DNA of 64,000 nucleotides, from assembly GCA_044229845.1 (NCBI GenBank), contig JBGASG010000003.1, positions 32,001-96,000 of the forward strand. The letters run 5' to 3'. Positions 57,528 through 64,000 of this stretch are shown here, piece by piece (position 1 is the first letter of the stretch; each line of letters starts with the position of its first letter). Under the pieces are notes generated by a model, which saw only the letters and a program-made list of their open reading frames with translations, ran no database searches and had not been told where the DNA came from. The translations under genes and the position numbers were made by a program. Origin of the DNA: Candidatus Obscuribacteraceae bacterium. Its GTDB lineage: Bacteria; Cyanobacteriota; Vampirovibrionia; Obscuribacterales; Obscuribacteraceae.

Positions 57528-58655
57528 CTACCTGCTGTGTGGAAACATAGAGCGAAAGTCAGTCGGCTGCTGAAGCGTGACAGGTTTCCATCCGACCGAT
57601 GCTGGCGCTCCAACTGGTGAAAGAATCTGGTACTTGCTCGTAGTGGGTGCTATCGGTTGTGAACCTGTGGCTATAGCGTTCCGCAGTGACGAAATCTCAG
57701 GGTTCTCGACTTTCATCTTTTCAAGACGTTTCACCATCTTATCGGCTTTATCCCACTGCCGATTGTCTACATAGTAGCGGGCTGCGTTGAGAATTAGCGC
57801 AACGGTGGCATTATCGTCCGGTCCATTGTCGATTTCGGATTGCTGGATCTGCTGCTTGAACTGCTTATCCGTCGCGTCCGGCGCCTCCCATGTGGTTACC
57901 TTTTTCAGTTCGCCTGCTCCATTCGGCAACGCAGGAGTCATCCGATACCGAGTCCTCTCTGAGTTTGTATTGCGCCAACCTAGATAGCGAGAGTAGGCTT
58001 GTCCGCTCGGAGTAGACGAGTTCCAACTACTTCTCGGTTGAAAATTGATGTATGGACCTGACCAGCCAGACGAAAAGGTTGGATGCCAGCTTGGCGTTGA
58101 ATTGCCAGAACCCCACTGGTTGCCACTTTGCCACTGAGCCGCAGACATAGTTCGACCGGAAGCCGAGCAAGCCCCACCCGTTCCCCAGCTGTAAGAGGTG
58201 ATGCCACTTTGTGATGTGTAAGTAGTTGGTGCTGGCGCCAGCGTATAACTGGGTGGTGCCAACGTACAACCGGGTGGCGTCCCCGCCTGAAACCCAGGAG
58301 GCCAGCCCAGTCCAAAACTCTGTAGAGGTACAAGTGCTGTTGGATGTGCAGGGAAACCCTGGGGCGATATCGACACGCCACCGCCGGACTGGCTGTGTTG
58401 AATGTACAGGTTGTTCCATCTTTTAGAACTCGACCTTAGCCGATCAGCCCGTTCTCGAGCGGCTCGTGCGCTGTCGTCAGTTGAACACAAGCCCGGAATG
58501 CCCAATCCTGTCAGAGTTACCGACAAGGACAACACCAGAGCCACTTTCGCGGCCCACAGCTGCGTAAAATCAAAGTGATATCGCTTCAGGATCGGCGCCT
58601 TTGAACTGAAGTGATATCGCTTCAGGATGTTCGTGAGTGCTGGGATATAACGCAT
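57528..58655 (-). CDS. Hypothetical exported Ser/Gly/Trp-rich protein with a TPR-like helix pair (start uncertain)
   Basis: 375-aa ORF with hydrophobic segment VALVLSLSVTLTGLG; the first ~28 codons overlap palindromes. Confidence 0.6.
   Translation of the reverse strand: MRYIPALTNILKRYHFSSKAPILKRYHFDFTQLWAAKVALVLSLSVTLTGLGIPGLCSTDDSARAARERADRLRSSSKRWNNLYIQHSQSGGGVSISPQGFPAHPTALVPLQSFGLGWPPGFQAGTPPGCTLAPPSYTLAPAPTTYTSQSGITSYSWGTGGACSASGRTMSAAQWQSGNQWGSGNSTPSWHPTFSSGWSGPYINFQPRSSWNSSTPSGQAYSRYLGWRNTNSERTRYRMTPALPNGAGELKKVTTWEAPDATDKQFKQQIQQSEIDNGPDDNATVALILNAARYYVDNRQWDKADKMVKRLEKMKVENPEISSLRNAIATGSQPIAPTTSKYQILSPVGAPASVGWKPVTLQQPTDFRSMFPHSR
58570..58625. repeat. Dispersed palindrome locus, 2 copies at 36-bp period
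   Basis: TCAAAGTGATATCGCTTCAG (58570) and CTGAAGTGATATCGCTTCAG (58606), each followed by GAT. Confidence 0.9.
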
Positions 58656-58702
58656 GCTAAGGGTAGAACTTTGGGTAGAAACTAGCGTCTGGGCGCATTT
58701 TT

Positions 58703-60082
58703 ATGCCGAAGTTGCTCTCTAACCACCTTATCATTCCCTTCCTCTTAATGTTGTTGGCGTGCCCCCGAGAGGGTTTTTCCAAAAATATTGTGGAGAAACA
58801 GCCACTGGCGCAGCCGGCGAAACTGCAAGCCCTGACACCCAAGCTGGACGAATCGAACAAGATTCAGCTGCACGCGGAAGAAACCCATAACCTGGACATC
58901 TCCATGCAAAACCTGAGCGGCTGGAATCAACTGTATAGCGCCGGCCGCACTCTCTTTGCCCAGGGAGACTATCGACGGGCGCTGAACGCTTTCCGCGCTG
59001 CTTACTCTCATAGCGACGATGACGGACAAAGTGACACTCGCGACAAAGCAACGCTGCAAGCCATCGAATTAACGAAAAGGTCTCTGACACGCGATTCTCT
59101 TTTGGGTTACAAGCTCACCGCCTCCAAAGGTGGGTCCAAGGTGGTGGAAAAAGTGTTTCGTCCATCGCTGGCCTGGCTGGCTGGTATCAAAGATGGTGAC
59201 AGAATACTGTCCGAACGTCAGGTCAACAACCAAATACAGCTGACAGTATCAAGGAATGGGAGGACTTATTCGGTCAGCATGCAGGCGCCGGTTTCCTTGC
59301 GCGCAGGCACAGATCCGTTGTTGGCACGGCACGCGCGTGCGGACAATGGTGGCTCCTCTTTGAGCGGGCGCATCACCAATCCGTCCGTACTTCAAGCTCA
59401 CGAGAAGGATTTGAGCAAATGGGATGTCGCCATATTGATCGATTGCTCTGGCTCTATGAGCTCGAATATTACGACGTCCTCCGGGCAGATGAGCAAGTGG
59501 CAATGGTGTGTCGCCAGCAGCAATCAGCTGCTCACCGATTGCGGAAAGTATTTTCCGAACGGCATTACGATTGTTCCGTTTCATAGCCAGTATGCCGTGC
59601 TGGACAATGTTCGTGTCTCAGAAATCAATCGCGTCTACGAAGCCCTCTCGCCTTCGGGCGGAACAGAAATGGCTTCCCCTCTCGGATTTGTCCTCATGCG
59701 CCATTTCCAGGCCGCAAAACGGCCGTTGGTGGTGGCAGTGCTGACCGATGGCATGCCTAATGACGTGGACGCCGTTCGCAGCGTGATTGCCGACGCCGCA
59801 GCCCGGACTACCGGTGACAAACAGGTGGCAGTAACGTTTCTCCAGGTTGGCAACGACGGCGGCACGGAAACTCTGCGCAGCCTCGACGACGAAATGGTAA
59901 ACGCCGGCGCCGCGCGCGACATCGTAGACAGTCATTACTTCGACGAGATACAGCAAATCGGCATCAAGGGCGGATTGGTCGCCTCCATGATGGAACGAGA
60001 AGCCGAGGGTCGCGCCGCCACTGCGCCGCCATTGCCGCACGCGCAGTCGCCGACGAAAAAGCCGCCCTCGACGCAGCACTGA
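58703..60082 (+). CDS. Secreted TPR / PDZ-like / von Willebrand A domain protein
   Basis: Signal peptide, GDYRRAL, SLAWLAGIKDGDRIL (PDZ-like), MIDAS DCSGSM, GGT and LTDG. Confidence 0.82.
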   Translation: MPKLLSNHLIIPFLLMLLACPREGFSKNIVEKQPLAQPAKLQALTPKLDESNKIQLHAEETHNLDISMQNLSGWNQLYSAGRTLFAQGDYRRALNAFRAAYSHSDDDGQSDTRDKATLQAIELTKRSLTRDSLLGYKLTASKGGSKVVEKVFRPSLAWLAGIKDGDRILSERQVNNQIQLTVSRNGRTYSVSMQAPVSLRAGTDPLLARHARADNGGSSLSGRITNPSVLQAHEKDLSKWDVAILIDCSGSMSSNITTSSGQMSKWQWCVASSNQLLTDCGKYFPNGITIVPFHSQYAVLDNVRVSEINRVYEALSPSGGTEMASPLGFVLMRHFQAAKRPLVVAVLTDGMPNDVDAVRSVIADAAARTTGDKQVAVTFLQVGNDGGTETLRSLDDEMVNAGAARDIVDSHYFDEIQQIGIKGGLVASMMEREAEGRAATAPPLPHAQSPTKKPPSTQH

Positions 60083-60126
60083 GGTCACCGCTCATGGTGC
60101 GCAGCAGACTACTCGCTCGCAGCAAA

Positions 60127-60537
60127 CTACCCCTTGCGGTAATCGTCAATGGCTGCGTCCCAGCGCGCCAGTTCGTCAGGGCGCACAGATGACCGATTCT
60201 CGGCGGTAATCATCAGCCCAGTCTGCCTGTACGCGTAGAGCATTTCCTCCGACATGCCTGACTTCAACATCTCCGATTCGATTAACTGAGTCAAATCGGC
60301 AAAGCCGTCGGCTCGCAGTATTCCTTCCTCTTCATCCGTCGGTTTGCGCCCGAATTTCTCCTGAAACAGCTGTTTGTCGCGCTCGAATTGGTCTCGGCGC
60401 TCCTGCGACATGGCGGCTTCGCGAATGACCTTCTTATTCTTGATGAAATAATCGATGCCCTTCGTCCGACAGCAACTTTTATATTTGATGTTGCTTCCGC
60501 AAGGGCAGTAATTGTTTGGTGGGAACGGCTTTTTCAT
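60127..60537 (-). CDS. SEC-C motif protein
   Basis: NNYCPCGSNIKYKSCC. Confidence 0.82.
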   Translation of the reverse strand: MKKPFPPNNYCPCGSNIKYKSCCRTKGIDYFIKNKKVIREAAMSQERRDQFERDKQLFQEKFGRKPTDEEEGILRADGFADLTQLIESEMLKSGMSEEMLYAYRQTGLMITAENRSSVRPDELARWDAAIDDYRKG

Positions 60538-60543
60538 CGAGCT

Positions 60544-61767
60544 CTAAGACAGTTTCAAGATGGGAATGACAGTGGTTTGAATCGGTTGCCCGCCGACCAC
60601 CGCATCATCATCGCTGAGGAATACATCGATTTCGCTGCGCACCCCGAACTCCTCCAGATAAATGCCGGGCTCAATCGAGAATCCGGTGTTGGCGATCAAG
60701 CGCCTTTCATCACGGGTTTCCAGATTATCGATGTTTGCACCGTTGGCGTGCACTTCCAACCCGATCGAATGTCCGGTTCGGTGCACAAAATGATTTCCAT
60801 AGCCTCTGTCTTTGATGAAGTTGCGCGCCACATCATCGACTTCAAATCCGTGCACTGTCTTCCTGGTGCGGTGTGCTTCACCGACGAACTCGAGCGCGGC
60901 ATCGCGGGCCCCGCGAACCACTTGAAAAATCTCTTCGTATTTCGAGGGAACGCTCTCGCCGACATATCCCGTCCAGGTGATGTCGGCGTAAACTGCATCG
61001 GCAGGCTCCTTCAGTTTCGCCCAGATGTCCAGCAACACAAAGTCGCCATTCTTGATCGGATCGCTTTTGGCGCTGTTCGGTTGATAATGCGGACTGCCAC
61101 TGTTGGCGTTGACCGCCACGATGCAAGACGAGTTGCTGATCATGCCGCGTTGTTCGAAAGCGCGATCGATTAACTGCTGGATGGCGTACTCGTGGCAAGG
61201 CTGGCCCGCCTGCACCTGAGCGGCGATGGTACCAAAGGCCTCAAATACGATCGCGCGCAAGTGATCGGCTGCCAGAAGATGACTTTTGAGTTGAGCGGGT
61301 GTCCAGCGCGCTTCGAAACGCTGCACCAGATCCGCGGAAGAAACGACACGCACGTTGCCTGATTCCTGGACCAGTTCAACAATGCCGGCGTCCACTCGCG
61401 AAACATACGGAATCGCATTCAACGGCGAGTACTGCATGGCTACGGTCTGGCAGCCGGCAAGAATCTCTTTCAACTTGTCGTGCAACTCGCGCCAACCCAG
61501 ATAAACTGTCTTGTCGCCTGGCAGCGCATCGAGAGCATCCATTTCAATACGATGAACTAGTTTGCGCGGAGCACCATACTGAGGAATCAAGTAGAACCAG
61601 CGGCGCGACACGAAGTGCGAGCTGCCCAAACCGAGAATGTGTTGGGCCAGCGGATCATTGTCATGAAAAAAGTAAAACAGCCAACCATCCACCTTGTCCT
61701 CGGCAAGCGCTTTCTGGACGGCGGCAATATCGATGGCAGCAGTGGCGGAAGAAGTTGTTGTCGACAT
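60544..61767 (-). CDS. M24 family aminopeptidase (Xaa-Pro peptidase-like)
   Basis: PHY, LLDIW, YADIT, HRTGHSIG, SIEPGIY and GVRSE. Confidence 0.92.
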   Translation of the reverse strand: MSTTTSSATAAIDIAAVQKALAEDKVDGWLFYFFHDNDPLAQHILGLGSSHFVSRRWFYLIPQYGAPRKLVHRIEMDALDALPGDKTVYLGWRELHDKLKEILAGCQTVAMQYSPLNAIPYVSRVDAGIVELVQESGNVRVVSSADLVQRFEARWTPAQLKSHLLAADHLRAIVFEAFGTIAAQVQAGQPCHEYAIQQLIDRAFEQRGMISNSSCIVAVNANSGSPHYQPNSAKSDPIKNGDFVLLDIWAKLKEPADAVYADITWTGYVGESVPSKYEEIFQVVRGARDAALEFVGEAHRTRKTVHGFEVDDVARNFIKDRGYGNHFVHRTGHSIGLEVHANGANIDNLETRDERRLIANTGFSIEPGIYLEEFGVRSEIDVFLSDDDAVVGGQPIQTTVIPILKLS

Positions 61768-61768
61768 A

Positions 61769-62368
61769 TCAGGCCACCACTTCCTTGTCTTGCAGAAGAA
61801 TAATTTGATCGCCATCGAAGCGTTCGATAACGGCCAGCGATTCGATGGGAACCGTGATGTGTTTCAATTGCTCGCGACCGCCGAAAGAGCGTTTCTCGAT
61901 CACGCAACCGATACCGACGAGGGTGGCACCGCTTTGCGTCACCAGTTTGTCCAGAGCAAGCAAAGTGCGAGCACTGGACAGAAAGTCGTCGATAATCAAA
62001 ACGCGGTCGTCGGCGCTCATGTACTCAGTGGACACTATCAACTCGACTTCGCGTTTGTGGGTCGGCGATGACGATTTCTCTCTATAAGGATCGGGCGCCA
62101 TCGTAATCGGTTGATGCTTGCGCGCGAAGACGACCGGCACACCCAGTTCTATGCCGGCAGCCAGCGCCGGTGCAATGCCGCTGGTTTCGGCAGTCAGGAT
62201 GCGCGTCGGCTTCAGGGCCGCGAATTTGCCGGCAAACTCCTGTCCGATTGCTTTCATCAAAAGCGAGTCCAACTGATGGTTCATGAATGCATCCACTTTC
62301 AGGATGCCGTCACCGAGATGTTTGCCGTGTTGCAAAATTTTTTCGCGAAGCAACTGCATGTCTATCAC
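61769..62368 (-). CDS. xpt: Xanthine phosphoribosyltransferase
   Basis: ILKVDAFMNHQLD, TAETSGIA, VFARK and VLIIDDFL. Confidence 0.9.
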   Translation of the reverse strand: MIDMQLLREKILQHGKHLGDGILKVDAFMNHQLDSLLMKAIGQEFAGKFAALKPTRILTAETSGIAPALAAGIELGVPVVFARKHQPITMAPDPYREKSSSPTHKREVELIVSTEYMSADDRVLIIDDFLSSARTLLALDKLVTQSGATLVGIGCVIEKRSFGGREQLKHITVPIESLAVIERFDGDQIILLQDKEVVA

Positions 62369-62440
62369 CTGCCGAAGTCACTGTATTTTACCTAAGGCGC
62401 TTCGTATAATGGTCGACCGCTTCACAATGGGAGAGAAAGG

Positions 62441-63643
62441 ATGCCACGATCGCTGGCGAACACGTTCGCAGCACTACTTTTTGCAGTTGTAATGACTATG
62501 GCTCCCCTGGGAAAATGGAGCCAGCATCCCGCACTGGCGCAGCAGCCTGTGCTGGCGCAACAATCTCAACAACAGCAAACAATGTGGCAGGCGCCCGGGC
62601 AAGGCGGCGCACAAACTCAATCACCAGGACCGACCATATGGCAGGCGCCCGGTCCTGGCTCGTCCCAAACGCAGCCAGCAGCACCACAGCAAACTCAGAC
62701 GCAAACGGAAGACAGCGGCATCTCCACCCTCTATGCGTCGCGACCGTACGTCAGCGCCAGCACCAGACAGGACCAATACTTCTATGACTGGCTGCCATTG
62801 CAGCCAGGACAGGAGAAGCTGGAGAAACTGACCTTGACCGTCATCAACGGAGTACAGGGTCGTCCGAAGTTCAAGTGGCTACGATTGCAGATCGGCGGCT
62901 ACATGATGGCCACCGAAAAGGATTTTCCGAAGGGCAGCAATCGAGCAACCATTGACGTATCAGGCAAGCTGCAGCCCGGCACCAATCAAATCATCTGCGA
63001 AGCGGGCGGTGTTGTCGGCGCCAGCATGCAGTGGTTCCTGACCACGTCCAATCCGTACATCACCAACGTGCATCCGATCAATGCCGCGCAAGGACAAGTC
63101 ATTTCCATCTACGGCGGCAATCTCGATATGGCAAATGTCGATGAAATCGTCTATTTCAATGGGGTTGCGGGCAACACGGTTTTCTCCTCTGATCCGGTAA
63201 TCCGCGCCAAAGTACCGGACAATGCAGAGCCTGGTCCCAACGAACTAATCGTGTCAGTTGCCGGCATCAAGACACAGCCCCTAATGGTAAACGTCTATCC
63301 GAAGCCCGTTCCCGAGCTTCTTTCCGTGCTGCCGTGGGTTGTAGTGCCTGGCGGCCAATCCTATATAACCGGAAGAAACTTCGCGCCCAACCCCCAAAAC
63401 AATCAGGTCTACATCGGCGGAATCTCTGCACAAATCGTTAACGGGGATGAGAACAATTTGACTGTAATAGTGCCTCTGGACTTCAACGCCAATTTGGCAC
63501 CACTGATGGTGAAGTACAACATTCCCGTCTATGTGGTCAGCAATGGTATTCGTTCAGCCAACACTCTAAACATGGACATTGGTGCATACGAACAGGGTCC
63601 GGGCACACAGTACCCCACCATGCCCGGCGATGCCGACCCATAG
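62441..63643 (+). CDS. Secreted IPT/TIG-domain protein
   Basis: Signal peptide, Gln-rich linker with WQAPG repeat, and two P.I..V.P....G..I.I.G.N repeats. Confidence 0.8.
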   Translation: MPRSLANTFAALLFAVVMTMAPLGKWSQHPALAQQPVLAQQSQQQQTMWQAPGQGGAQTQSPGPTIWQAPGPGSSQTQPAAPQQTQTQTEDSGISTLYASRPYVSASTRQDQYFYDWLPLQPGQEKLEKLTLTVINGVQGRPKFKWLRLQIGGYMMATEKDFPKGSNRATIDVSGKLQPGTNQIICEAGGVVGASMQWFLTTSNPYITNVHPINAAQGQVISIYGGNLDMANVDEIVYFNGVAGNTVFSSDPVIRAKVPDNAEPGPNELIVSVAGIKTQPLMVNVYPKPVPELLSVLPWVVVPGGQSYITGRNFAPNPQNNQVYIGGISAQIVNGDENNLTVIVPLDFNANLAPLMVKYNIPVYVVSNGIRSANTLNMDIGAYEQGPGTQYPTMPGDADP

Positions 63644-63658
63644 TTGCAACCGCCAGCC

Positions 63659-64000
63659 ATGCACACGCGCTGCCCAAATCCAAACTGCTTGATGACATTC
63701 GAAGCCCTGGAAGACTTCGAAATGGACAGCGGCAGTTGCCCGCATTGCGGGCAACCAATGACTGCTCGCCTGCTATCCGTAATCGATCAGACCGAACGGC
63801 AGTACCGAAAACATCTCGCCGCCGGGACGGCGTGCGCTGAAAACTTCCAAGACACAGGCGATCAGCAATCGGCCTTGCTCGAGGACGTCCGCAGCTTGTG
63901 GAACGTCGGCTCAATCTTCCGCAGTTCAGACGGCGCCGGACTAACCACGCTCTACCTGACAGGCATCACGGGTTGCCCGCCGCGCAAAGAGATCGCCAAA
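63659..64000 (+). CDS. SpoU/TrmH-family RNA methyltransferase with N-terminal zinc ribbon, 3'-truncated by the window
   Basis: Translated by hand: CPNPNC...CPHCG, then LLEDVRSLWNVGSIFRSSDGAG...LYLTGITGCPP. Confidence 0.85.
   Translation, partial: MHTRCPNPNCLMTFEALEDFEMDSGSCPHCGQPMTARLLSVIDQTERQYRKHLAAGTACAENFQDTGDQQSALLEDVRSLWNVGSIFRSSDGAGLTTLYLTGITGCPPRKEIAK

Overview
Gene-dense bacterial chromosomal window with no rRNA, tRNA or CRISPR array that I can support. The protein style tentatively suggests a non-photosynthetic cyanobacterial relative such as Melainabacteria/Vampirovibrionia; this is inference only. Housekeeping and metabolic genes include a HerA-like ATPase, acyl-CoA ligase, galT, a disrupted galK, an amidase, recQ, a class A PBP, a PotD-like binding protein, ABC transporters, a VIT1 transporter, an M24 peptidase, xpt and a SpoU methylase. 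There is also a methyltransferase / FAD-oxidoreductase / type III PKS cluster and a general-stress/NHEJ island (Ku, LigD, a ligase-exonuclease pair, LigC, YtxH, two GlsB/YeaQ paralogues, hemerythrin). Three signals stand out. (1) About 25 copies, in 12 mostly intergenic loci, of a loop-less 20-bp palindrome (consensus CTGAAGTGATATCACTTCAG). (2) An IS1595-transposase-derived protein whose DDE core appears replaced by a DprA-like winged helix, flanked on both sides by those palindromes. (3) A recurring ECF-sigma-type promoter, G(G/A)AAC-N16/17-CGTC, in front of the stress and NHEJ genes. All calls come from reading motifs by eye; no searches were run.
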